A DNA stretch of 64,000 nucleotides from an uncultured virus (IMG/VR IMGVR_UViG_3300034407_003469) (IMGVR_UViG_3300034407_003469), one strand, 5' to 3'. Counted from the stretch's first letter, positions 28,265-36,887 are shown. Translations and numbers: made by a program. The notes: generated by a model from the letters alone, not told the origin.

Positions 28265-29074
28265 TTATGGTAATTCATTTATAAAATCTTCTTCTGTCAT
28301 TATTTCTCCTTCGGCTTCTCCATTAAATGAATAACCTTTTCCTTGACCATAGTTATGTTCTAAATTACTTTGTGGTGGATAATCATCATTAAAAACATAG
28401 TGATTTTGATAAAAATCTCCGAATGGACTACTATATTTTGTTCCAAATCCGGGTACATTAAAATTAGAATATGTTTCATTGTACCCTGCCGATGCTAAAG
28501 CATTATCACTTACATCTGCTCCACTTATTATACTATTAAATTGGCTCTGTCCAATTTGCATATCGTTACAATCACACTTTTCCCACAAGAAACCTGAACT
28601 TTCACATAAACCATAAAATCTTCCAAGTTGTTTTGCAGTAGCTTGTCCTAATTGACCATCTACCACAAGATTACTATGCTGACCCGGGTATGAAGGCTGA
28701 CAAGCCCAATTTGTGCTATCTCCACCTGTACTACTTAATAATCCACTTGGATTATGTTTTTCATTTATAGCAAGTTGTATTTGAGCAACTTTTTTGCAAC
28801 TATCCCCTACTCTTAATGGAAAAGCACAAGAGCCTACTTGAGTAGTTTCGCCATCTTGAGGAGTATATACATTGTTCAATTCATTTAACCTATTTTCTTC
28901 ATTTGGAGTTAAATTATTTTTATTTCTTAATCTTTCTAATTCTCTTCTTTCACTTGAAGAAAGACTACTACTTGAAGAACGACCTTTTAAAATAGCACGA
29001 ATACCAAAAAACAATCCTGTTGCTAATACTATTCCTCCAATACTATATAATCCTATTTTTATTCCTTTTTTCAT
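28265..29074 (-). CDS. Membrane-anchored peptidoglycan-binding-like protein
   Basis: FPLRVGDSCKKVAQIQ...VVDGQLGQAT. Confidence 0.6.
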   Translation of the reverse strand: MKKGIKIGLYSIGGIVLATGLFFGIRAILKGRSSSSSLSSSERRELERLRNKNNLTPNEENRLNELNNVYTPQDGETTQVGSCAFPLRVGDSCKKVAQIQLAINEKHNPSGLLSSTGGDSTNWACQPSYPGQHSNLVVDGQLGQATAKQLGRFYGLCESSGFLWEKCDCNDMQIGQSQFNSIISGADVSDNALASAGYNETYSNFNVPGFGTKYSSPFGDFYQNHYVFNDDYPPQSNLEHNYGQGKGYSFNGEAEGEIMTEEDFINELP

Positions 29075-29075
29075 A

Positions 29076-29531
29076 TTATGCTTGTCTATATGATGGTTTT
29101 TCTGATAATAGCCTACCTATCATATTAATTTCACTTTTATTTAAATTACCAATCTTCGTTCTTAAATCTCCATATCCTTTTGACCCAAACTTTTCTGAAA
29201 CTTGACTTAATGCAACACCATCAGGAATACTTCTTATAACTGATTTAATCTCTTCTTCATTATCATTAAAAAAACCAAATGCAGAATCTAACCTATTTGT
29301 TAGTTGCAAAACGGTTCCCTCTGTTAATAATATATAATTACCATTAGTATATCCTTTATAATAACTTGGATTAAACCAATCATCATAATTGTTTATGTTT
29401 AATGTTGCCCCACCTATTGCAGTCAATATTTTATTATACAATCTTTTTTTAGAAATAGAACTGATAACTAAATATATACCCCCTATTGCTACAAGGGATG
29501 CACCTACATATATTTTATTTTTTCTATTCAT
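29076..29531 (-). CDS. Membrane-anchored annexin-like repeat protein
   Basis: LDSAFGFFNDNEEEIKSVI...LSQVSEKF...GDLRTKI. Confidence 0.5.
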   Translation of the reverse strand: MNRKNKIYVGASLVAIGGIYLVISSISKKRLYNKILTAIGGATLNINNYDDWFNPSYYKGYTNGNYILLTEGTVLQLTNRLDSAFGFFNDNEEEIKSVIRSIPDGVALSQVSEKFGSKGYGDLRTKIGNLNKSEINMIGRLLSEKPSYRQA

Positions 29532-29533
29532 TT

Positions 29534-29950
29534 TTATTTTCTTACTGCTTCTGACATTCCTCTACTTCCTATTGCTGATGCAACTCTTGTTGAGCCTTCA
29601 GGAGTTTTTATTATGTTATAAATCATTAGACCTGCTCCCCCTACAATTAACAATAAGACAATTTTTGTAGTAGTAGATGCAAAATTTATTGTTCCACCTA
29701 AAAAATTATATACTCCACCTCCAAAGTCAGTCAATCTATCAAGAGCATTTCTATCTAAATCAACACCTTGACTTCTCATATATTCTCTTACCTCAACATT
29801 ATCACCCGGCATTTCCTTATCAAAATTCATCATCCACAACTGATTAGCATTAGCCTTCCCTACACACTTTTTTAGTGCTTTATGCCACTCTATCCAAGCA
29901 GAATAACTACTTGATGAGGAAGGTAATATTAAACAAGTTTGTGTTGACAT
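29534..29950 (-). CDS. Membrane protein
   Basis: WIEWHKAL...AN..W domain plus TM. Confidence 0.6.
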   Translation of the reverse strand: MSTQTCLILPSSSSSYSAWIEWHKALKKCVGKANANQLWMMNFDKEMPGDNVEVREYMRSQGVDLDRNALDRLTDFGGGVYNFLGGTINFASTTTKIVLLLIVGGAGLMIYNIIKTPEGSTRVASAIGSRGMSEAVRK

Positions 29951-29954
29951 TTTT

Positions 29955-30437
29955 TTAATCTATAAATTTTATTACAAAAATTATTATTATTCCTGCTATA
30001 ATAATATCATTAGTATTATTTTTAGTAGGCATACTTATGCTTGGAGTAATTGGCTCTGATATAATTTCCTCTACTTCTGTTTCAGGCAAAGGGTCGCCAA
30101 TACTATCATTTGGCTTTTCTTTATCATCAATATCCATTTCAAAAACATCATCTCTTTCTTCACGAGTTATATCCTCTAAATTATCTCTTTTTTTCTTTTC
30201 AGAAACGAGAACACTTAATTTTTGACTTAACAGGTCGGCATCTTCTAAACTACTTGGTTGAACAGAAGATAATTCTTGAATCATAGACTGCAAATCTTCA
30301 TAACTCATTTCACTTACATTAGGTGAACCTGCTGACATTCTTCTTTTTGATGGTACATTGTAATAAGTAACATTATCATCTCCCCAAGCCGAATCACTTT
30401 TTGAAAAATTATCTTGTATATTATTTATAAATCCCAT
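29955..30437 (-). CDS. Acidic protein with C-terminal TM
   Basis: Ile-rich C-terminal helix; GDPLP shared with 18433. Confidence 0.55.
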   Translation of the reverse strand: MGFINNIQDNFSKSDSAWGDDNVTYYNVPSKRRMSAGSPNVSEMSYEDLQSMIQELSSVQPSSLEDADLLSQKLSVLVSEKKKRDNLEDITREERDDVFEMDIDDKEKPNDSIGDPLPETEVEEIISEPITPSISMPTKNNTNDIIIAGIIIIFVIKFID

Positions 30438-30438
30438 A

Positions 30439-30888
30439 TTAAACTATATTAGATATTGATGAAATTTGACAAGTCTTTCTTGCCATATTATATGCAGTTT
30501 TAAAACCCGGTCCAATAATTCCATCTACTCCTCCTGAACCATCAATTATGTTTTTGATATCAGGACTTAAATTAGATAAATTTTTCTGCATAGTTGAAAC
30601 TTGGGCACTTGAATAATTTGCTGAATTAATATTATCAAAAGTATAAGGGTCAGCAGGTGCATTACAAGACACTCCTGAATTACTATTAGTCTTATTTGCA
30701 AATATTTCAGTAAATAAATTACCAAAAGTTGTTCCCAAACTATCAACCGTAGCCGTAGAAGGGTCATACTGATTACCCGATGTTACAGTTGTTGTTGTTG
30801 TTGATGTTCTACGAGTTAATAGATATATTCCTACACCTAATGCACCTAAAACTCCGACACCAATAAGTACCTTATTAGTATCTTTCAT
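30439..30888 (-). CDS. Membrane-anchored peptidoglycan-binding-like protein
   Basis: VSTMQKNL...GVDGIIGPG..TAY. Confidence 0.55.
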   Translation of the reverse strand: MKDTNKVLIGVGVLGALGVGIYLLTRRTSTTTTTVTSGNQYDPSTATVDSLGTTFGNLFTEIFANKTNSNSGVSCNAPADPYTFDNINSANYSSAQVSTMQKNLSNLSPDIKNIIDGSGGVDGIIGPGFKTAYNMARKTCQISSISNIV

Positions 30889-30892
30889 ATAT

Positions 30893-31252
30893 TTATTTTT
30901 TTATGTATTTATTGTATGCCCAAAAACCTACTACAAGTGCACCTGCCAAGAAAATAACTCTTCCTGTTGGGAAATTTTTCACACCTGCTGAACCTGAAAG
31001 TTCAGTTCCACCTACATTGACAGAACCACTAACTCCTGCTCCTTTTGGAAATTCAATATTTTCATCTGCGTTGTCTAAAACAACTTGTTCAGGAGTTCTT
31101 GTTGGCTCCGTGAAACCTGTCCCATCTCCATTTGCATTTAAAAATTCTTCGTTTTCTACGAATTTTTCTCCATATTTAATTTTTTGTTCTCCTACCCAAT
31201 CGCTAAATGGAGTTGTTGAACCTGAAAGTTTGTAAACTTGATTTGCAGTCAT
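30893..31252 (-). CDS. C-terminally anchored membrane protein
   Basis: TANQVY..SG...PF..W domain, FLNANG, TM. Confidence 0.6.
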   Translation of the reverse strand: MTANQVYKLSGSTTPFSDWVGEQKIKYGEKFVENEEFLNANGDGTGFTEPTRTPEQVVLDNADENIEFPKGAGVSGSVNVGGTELSGSAGVKNFPTGRVIFLAGALVVGFWAYNKYIKK

Positions 31253-31276
31253 TTTTTTTTATTTAATTGTTAATTT

Positions 31277-31690
31277 TTATTTTCTTTTTAATAATACTAT
31301 TGCTAACACTCCTAATAAACCATACATAATTAGGTTGCTTCTTTTTGATTCTTCTCTTTGTGCCTGTAATTCCATATTTAAATTAGAAATTTCAGCTTGT
31401 ACTTGTGCAGATTTAGTTCTGTCAATTACATTATTGGCTTTATCTCTTACACCATCTTTTATTTTATTAATTGTAGCACTAAATCCACCCCCACTATCAG
31501 GTCTGTTATTTGTTTTAATTATAACTTTATTTCTATTTTGACCTTCTTGTATTGCATCTATTTGATTCTGTGCATTTTCTTGCAATTGAGAAAATGTATT
31601 GCCTATGGTTGTACCCATAGACCCAAAATTGTTGTAATCTTCTTCAAAACTACCCCAACTATTTCCATTAAAATCACTATCTAAAAACAT
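31277..31690 (-). CDS. Coiled coil + C-terminal TM protein
   Basis: N-terminus MFLDSDFNG..WGSFEED resembles that of 19783-20304. Confidence 0.6.
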   Translation of the reverse strand: MFLDSDFNGNSWGSFEEDYNNFGSMGTTIGNTFSQLQENAQNQIDAIQEGQNRNKVIIKTNNRPDSGGGFSATINKIKDGVRDKANNVIDRTKSAQVQAEISNLNMELQAQREESKRSNLIMYGLLGVLAIVLLKRK

Positions 31691-31700
31691 ATCTTTTTTT

Positions 31701-32234
31701 TTAATTATCCATTACCCCGTTCTTAAAACGGTAGGCTCCTAATCTTAAACCATCAACTCCACCAAATCTTGACCTATTTCTACAATTTGAGTTTGGAAAA
31801 ACTCCATCTCCACTATTATCAAGATTATCACATCCTCTATCCCAAGTTAACACAGGCTCATAAGCATATTTATTACCATCAACTTCAATAACTGCATCAC
31901 CTGATTGATTAAACCATAAATCTCTCGTTTGACTACCTCTTTGACCACCATTTTGATTAAACCATAAATCTCTTGATTGTCCTCCTCCATTAGCATTTAA
32001 CATTGATGGAGTAATATTTTGATAAGGGTCAATTGGAGTAACAAATGTTCTCGTTGATGTGTTTCCTGCTACTGCATTTCCTGTTGTAACAGAATAGTTA
32101 CTTGTAGGTCCTCCTATTCCTCCTCCTCCAAAAATAGAGCCGTAGTCACACCCACTTCCATCAGGTAGACTACATAAAGGGTAACACGGGTCATTAGTAA
32201 CATACCGACCATTACATAACATTGTTTTACTCAT
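31701..32234 (-). CDS. Cys/Gly-rich protein with two RDLWFNQ repeats
   Basis: 21-bp identical units at 31905-31925 and 31953-31973. Confidence 0.6.
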   Translation of the reverse strand: MSKTMLCNGRYVTNDPCYPLCSLPDGSGCDYGSIFGGGGIGGPTSNYSVTTGNAVAGNTSTRTFVTPIDPYQNITPSMLNANGGGQSRDLWFNQNGGQRGSQTRDLWFNQSGDAVIEVDGNKYAYEPVLTWDRGCDNLDNSGDGVFPNSNCRNRSRFGGVDGLRLGAYRFKNGVMDN

Positions 32235-32238
32235 AATT

Positions 32239-32970
32239 TTATTTTTTAGTCATTCTTGTTATACCATACACAATTCCTCCAATTAATAAAACTCCTATAC
32301 CTATGTTTAATGGAGTCATTCCTGTTGGTGATACTGAACCTTGAGAAAATAATTGTTGATTAAATTGGGCTTCTCTTTGAAAATTTGCTTCTTCTCCTGC
32401 ACAAGCTGATTCTTTTCCACTTCTTACACTTGATATTCTTGTTTCTCGGGTCTTTCTTGCTCTTGCATTTACTCTTCTTGCTCCTTTACCTCCACCATCT
32501 TTGTTAGCTTCCAAGTTTTCAAGGTCATTTTCTAATCTATTTAAGCTATCAGTCAATACAGAACAACTACCTGAATTAGGATAATTGGCATTTACTTTTG
32601 ATTGTTCATCTTTTTCTCTATTAGCTTCTCTTTTTTTAGAACTCCAAGTAATACCGAATAATCCCGGGTGGTTAAACCATAAATCACTATCAGGCATTTG
32701 AGAATTGTCATTTTCAGGTAATACTAATTCCATATTTGGACTCATACCATCATAATTTAATGCCGTTCCATAAATTTCTGACACTCTTACTACTTCATCT
32801 TCCGTAAGTTCAGTTGTTTGATTAGTATCATTATTACCATCAAAACCTGTGAAAACTTGGTTTTCTATTCCATCGTTAGCCCATTGGCTACCATCAAAAC
32901 CTGTAAATACTTGGTTTTCACTTCCATCGTTAGCCCATTGGCTTCCATCAAAATTTTTATATTTTTCCAT
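32239..32970 (-). CDS. Membrane protein with FDGSQWANDG repeats and NHPGLFGITWS motif
   Basis: Paralogue of 19783-20304; start 32970 preferred. Confidence 0.65.
   Translation of the reverse strand: MEKYKNFDGSQWANDGSENQVFTGFDGSQWANDGIENQVFTGFDGNNDTNQTTELTEDEVVRVSEIYGTALNYDGMSPNMELVLPENDNSQMPDSDLWFNHPGLFGITWSSKKREANREKDEQSKVNANYPNSGSCSVLTDSLNRLENDLENLEANKDGGGKGARRVNARARKTRETRISSVRSGKESACAGEEANFQREAQFNQQLFSQGSVSPTGMTPLNIGIGVLLIGGIVYGITRMTKK
32837..32953 (-). repeat. 54-bp tandem repeat (FDGSQWANDG.ENQVFTG)
   Basis: ccatcaaaa recurs at 32837, 32891 and 32945. Confidence 0.75.
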
Positions 32971-32980
32971 AATTTTTTTT

Positions 32981-33277
32981 TTAAGCTGATTCTTTTCCTT
33001 TATAATATCCATATCCTATTACAAAAAATAGAACACCAACTGATAATAATGATACTGCATATGCCCCTACACTCATAGAGCCATTTGAATCCGTACCACT
33101 CATATTACTATATCTCCTTCTTGTTCCCATATTTGCTATCTGTTGCGATGTTCTATTTTTAGGGTTATTTGGTAAACATTGTTGACCTCCTGTTACGCAA
33201 TCCTGACAAGTACAATCGCCCGCCTCTGGTCCTCTATCCGTACAAGTACCACATCCTACTCCTACTATTTCTGCCAT
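32981..33277 (-). CDS. Cys-rich small membrane protein
   Basis: 6 Cys, YSNMSG, C-terminal TM. Confidence 0.6.
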   Translation of the reverse strand: MAEIVGVGCGTCTDRGPEAGDCTCQDCVTGGQQCLPNNPKNRTSQQIANMGTRRRYSNMSGTDSNGSMSVGAYAVSLLSVGVLFFVIGYGYYKGKESA

Positions 33278-33296
33278 AATTTTTTATTTTTATTTA

Positions 33297-33605
33297 TTAA
33301 TTTGCTTTCTTTTTACCTTTCATTATACTATATCCTACTATAAAAGCAGTTAATCCTACTGCTAAATATCCAAATACCATTTGACCAATATTTCTTGAGC
33401 CTTGTTTAGTCCCATCAAATGAACGAAATGATAATTCTTGTCCTCTTGGACCTCTATTAGTTCCTCGTGTCCCACCTCCTGTAACTAAAACTCCTCCATC
33501 ACAACATCCCTCGCATCCCGTTGTCCTATTTGATGAACAATCTGCCGGAGGGCTTACTCCTCGTGTTACTGTTGTTCCATTATTACATTTACAAAATTGT
33601 GCCAT
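33297..33605 (-). CDS. Cys-rich small membrane protein
   Basis: 6 Cys, FRSFDG, C-terminal TM. Confidence 0.6.
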   Translation of the reverse strand: MAQFCKCNNGTTVTRGVSPPADCSSNRTTGCEGCCDGGVLVTGGGTRGTNRGPRGQELSFRSFDGTKQGSRNIGQMVFGYLAVGLTAFIVGYSIMKGKKKAN

Positions 33606-33618
33606 AATTTTTTTTTAT

Positions 33619-34452
33619 TTAATTATTACTTGCTCTCAAATTAGGTGAACTATATTGAGTGCTAAATTTATTTCTTTCAAAATTTGTTATAAACTGATTT
33701 AAAACTTCAAATCTTTCTTTATTTTGAGCAGTAGGAGTATCTTTAAAAGTTGTTAAAAAACTCTGATATGCCTCAATTCTTGGATAACCAAGTGCTAAAT
33801 AAATTAATAATCCGTTTAAATCTGCTTCTGTTTCATCTTCCATATTTTCATTTAAGTAAAAATGAGCAAACTCGTGCAATAAAATTGCCATTCTCATTGG
33901 TACTGTAAATTTTTTAAAGTGAGCCTTACTCACTTGTATAATTCCTTTTGACTGACTAATTCTTGCAGGGGTCTGTATTACCATTCCTCTTTTATTTCTT
34001 ATATCATCAAAGTAATCTATTCTAAAATTTCCCTCATCAGATATATAGGTGCTTCCGTTTGGAAACTTTCCTGCACTTAATATACCTGCATTATCAGAGA
34101 ATTGTTGAGCAAAATTGCAAAAATCTCTAATTTTAGGATTACTCCAATCTACACAGTCCATTTTTCTTTCTAAAGGTCTTGCATCTATCTTAACAACTTT
34201 AAAAGTTGGGTCTTGACCTTTTTGTAAATTTCCGTTTGCCTTATTATATACTGATATTAATGCTTCATACGGTGAAATTGGCATCCTAACAAAAAATCTT
34301 TGTTTACCATCAACCGTTGAGTGCCTATTAGTGTAATCAGTATTAGGCTTATTTATGTCTTTAACAATCACTTGAATTTTTTGAGGTGCATTTGTTACAA
34401 CCTCAATCATTATTGTAAGTGGTTTCTGTTTTGTTTTAAATAATATATTCAT
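33619..34452 (-). CDS. Zincin-type metallopeptidase (candidate maturation protease)
   Basis: ILLHEFAHFYL followed by ETEAD. Confidence 0.65.
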   Translation of the reverse strand: MNILFKTKQKPLTIMIEVVTNAPQKIQVIVKDINKPNTDYTNRHSTVDGKQRFFVRMPISPYEALISVYNKANGNLQKGQDPTFKVVKIDARPLERKMDCVDWSNPKIRDFCNFAQQFSDNAGILSAGKFPNGSTYISDEGNFRIDYFDDIRNKRGMVIQTPARISQSKGIIQVSKAHFKKFTVPMRMAILLHEFAHFYLNENMEDETEADLNGLLIYLALGYPRIEAYQSFLTTFKDTPTAQNKERFEVLNQFITNFERNKFSTQYSSPNLRASNN

Positions 34453-34577
34453 CTTCTAAATAATACTATAATTATTGTAGCTACTATTATTGTTCCTCCT
34501 GCTATTAATATATTTTTTACAGGTATTCCCTGTACTTCTGCTTCTAATTTTTCTGTTTCGTAAGGTTGGAAAGCCAT
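34449..34577 (-). CDS. Small membrane protein (42 aa)
   Basis: Hand translation ...KNILIAGGTIIVATIIIVLFRR; coupled at both ends. Confidence 0.6.
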   Translation of the reverse strand: MAFQPYETEKLEAEVQGIPVKNILIAGGTIIVATIIIVLFRR

Positions 34578-34870
34578 TATTCATCTCTTTTAAAATTAAT
34601 TATATTTTCTTTTGATAAATAACCACCTGCTAATCCTCCTGCTAAAACCCCCATCCAAACACTTTTTTTTCTCCATAAAGACAAAATTGCCCCAATAACA
34701 CTTCCTAATACTGCTCCTTTCAACATCTCTTTTGAACCTTTTTTCAATAAAGATGCTTGAGAGTCATTTACAATTGTATTGACATTCTCTTGTGTAGATG
34801 ATGGAATACTCATATTATTAGAAACATTTTTATTTCTATCAATCGTTATTTCTTCCTCTTCTTCCCACAT
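34577..34870 (-). CDS. Glycine-zipper membrane protein
   Basis: GAVLGSVIGA...GVLAGGLAGG. Confidence 0.6.
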   Translation of the reverse strand: MWEEEEEITIDRNKNVSNNMSIPSSTQENVNTIVNDSQASLLKKGSKEMLKGAVLGSVIGAILSLWRKKSVWMGVLAGGLAGGYLSKENIINFKRDE

Positions 34871-34881
34871 ATATCAAAGAA

Positions 34882-35586
34882 CTATTTATTTTTTCTACTA
34901 CTATAAATAGAAAAACCAATAATTGCTATTGCACCAATACCTAATAAGATGTATGTAATAGTATTACCACCTCCTATTCTTGACTCTGTAACACCACTAA
35001 CTTGTTGGTTTGCAGTCAAATTCATTTGTTGTAACATTAATTCTTGATTCATTTTTGCAAGTTGTAACTCGTGTGCTCTTTGCTCCTCTGCATTTTTGAA
35101 AGTCTTGTTACTTTGACCTATTCCAACAATAGTTCCAAATAACTGAACACCTGTGCTTATAATTTCTCCTGTTCCAAAACTACTACCACCACCACTTGGA
35201 GAGGTTGTTGTTGGAGTTGTTCCTGTTTGATTCATAAATGCATCTCTGCTTACATCAGTATCAAATTCTGTTACTGCTTCTTTAGTTTTACCTAAAGGAT
35301 TACTTCCTTTTATAAATGGTAATTGATTAGCAACAATTAATTCCATCATTTTAGTTCTTACACATAAATCTGTTAAATTATATGCAACTGCACCTACTAA
35401 ATCTCTTTTGGTTGGTCTTGCATTAATACTAACTCCACAACCTATTAGGGCTTTACTAACTTCAGCAGGTCTACCTTCAATTACTTTAGTTAGTTCCGAT
35501 AACATCAACTCTCGTGTTACATTCATATCTTTTGTTTTTAATATTGCTTTAAAATTTTCAGAGAAATTATGATAAGTGTATCTCAT
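34882..35586 (-). CDS. Virion membrane protein (helical N-domain, amphipathic helix, Gln coiled coil, TM)
   Basis: FMNQTG motif; architecture like 18691 and 19236. Confidence 0.6.
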   Translation of the reverse strand: MRYTYHNFSENFKAILKTKDMNVTRELMLSELTKVIEGRPAEVSKALIGCGVSINARPTKRDLVGAVAYNLTDLCVRTKMMELIVANQLPFIKGSNPLGKTKEAVTEFDTDVSRDAFMNQTGTTPTTTSPSGGGSSFGTGEIISTGVQLFGTIVGIGQSNKTFKNAEEQRAHELQLAKMNQELMLQQMNLTANQQVSGVTESRIGGGNTITYILLGIGAIAIIGFSIYSSRKNK

Positions 35587-36056
35587 TATTTCTTCGCTAT
35601 CATATATCCAACTGCAAATCCAATTGCTAATAAAATAACAGGAGAATTTCCATATTGTGAATTTCCAATTCTTTTATCTAACTCATTCTTACTTCTATTC
35701 AATTTGTCTATTAGCATTTGTTGTTTAACATCTCTTATCTCTTCTACTACTTTAGATGCCTGTTCATCATTTAATCCACTCCCATCTTCAATTGGCTCTT
35801 GCAAACCCGGTGTTCTACCTGTTGCATAAGCAAAATCTTTTTCTGAAATATTATTTGTTGTAAATGAAGATAGTAATTCTTTATCAGGATGTATAGTAGT
35901 CAAATCCTGTAAAGCTATTTTTTTGTATTTTCTTACAATTCTTTTAAGCCTACTTATTATTTCATCTATACTACGAGTAGGTCTTAAACCATAATTCTTC
36001 AAGAGTTCATTTGCCCCTGAAGAATTGTTTACTGCTATATATTCGTATAAAGTCAT
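35586..36056 (-). CDS. Virion membrane protein
   Basis: Helical N-domain, HPDK, FAYATG, C-terminal TM; first gene after the capsid candidate. Confidence 0.6.
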   Translation of the reverse strand: MTLYEYIAVNNSSGANELLKNYGLRPTRSIDEIISRLKRIVRKYKKIALQDLTTIHPDKELLSSFTTNNISEKDFAYATGRTPGLQEPIEDGSGLNDEQASKVVEEIRDVKQQMLIDKLNRSKNELDKRIGNSQYGNSPVILLAIGFAVGYMIAKK

Positions 36057-36080
36057 TTATATACTTTTTTAATTTCTTTT

Positions 36081-36133
36081 TAAATAAAATGGGGCTCAAA
36101 ACAAATGCCTTTGCAATTGCCTCTGCCCCATTT
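36081..36133 (-). terminator. Probable intrinsic terminator/attenuator after the capsid candidate
   Basis: AAATGGGGC...GCCCCATTT inverted repeat with T-rich tail on the minus strand. Confidence 0.5.
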
Positions 36134-36161
36134 AAGTTAATCTCTAAAGTTAATATTTCTA

Positions 36162-36887
36162 CTAACCCTGTAATGCACGAGCAACTCCTTGACCAAGAAC
36201 AATCTTGTCTTGTCTTACTACATTTGGATTACCATAACCACGAGCAATTGAATTGCCTGTTAATGCACGACCTTGAGAAACAGTTTCAGATGGGTACAAG
36301 TAAACTTTTAAAGTTCTTGTTGTAGCAATCTTGTTAACTGTTAATGTAGTAAAGCCATCCCACTTGTAAGTGTGCTTTAATACAGTAATGTCAGTTTGGT
36401 TTTGGTAAGGGTCAATTGTAGGAACAAGAGTTTTTTGTTGTTGGTTACCGTTAGAGTCAACTACTTTTACTGTGATAGTTTCAAGAACCGCAGCAGAACC
36501 TCCATCACTTTGTAGGTAAGTTAATCCAACCACGAATGGTTTAGATGAACTTTGCCATAAAAATTCAAGATAAGTTACTCCTGAAATACCCATTGTGTAC
36601 TCAATACCTTCCGTGTTAGCTTTTGTGCCAACAGTCGTTGTGATATTGTTGTACGCACCACCAACCTCAACATTGGAAATATCCGCTGCTGATGAGTTGT
36701 AAAGTGATATGATATAAGGTTGTGATGAACTTGCATCAGCAGACCCCATAGCATTTAGGTATTCTTCTTCTGAACCACCAAAGTCAAAAGCATCATCCCA
36801 ATCAGAGAATTCGCCACCGTTAGCTGACATAAACTCGTTAGAGATGTTTTCTTCTGCATCAGAGAAATAATGATTTAAATTTTCCAT
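36162..36887 (-). CDS. Candidate major capsid protein (single jelly-roll-like) with acidic N-terminal extension
   Basis: Beta-strand pattern, C-ending codon bias unlike neighbours, long leader plus terminator, near the packaging ATPase, has a paralogue. Confidence 0.55.
   Translation of the reverse strand: MENLNHYFSDAEENISNEFMSANGGEFSDWDDAFDFGGSEEEYLNAMGSADASSSQPYIISLYNSSAADISNVEVGGAYNNITTTVGTKANTEGIEYTMGISGVTYLEFLWQSSSKPFVVGLTYLQSDGGSAAVLETITVKVVDSNGNQQQKTLVPTIDPYQNQTDITVLKHTYKWDGFTTLTVNKIATTRTLKVYLYPSETVSQGRALTGNSIARGYGNPNVVRQDKIVLGQGVARALQG

Noticed and set aside
30567..30767. 66-aa hydrophobic minus-strand ORF
   Set aside because: Nested out of frame inside 30439-30888, with no independent support
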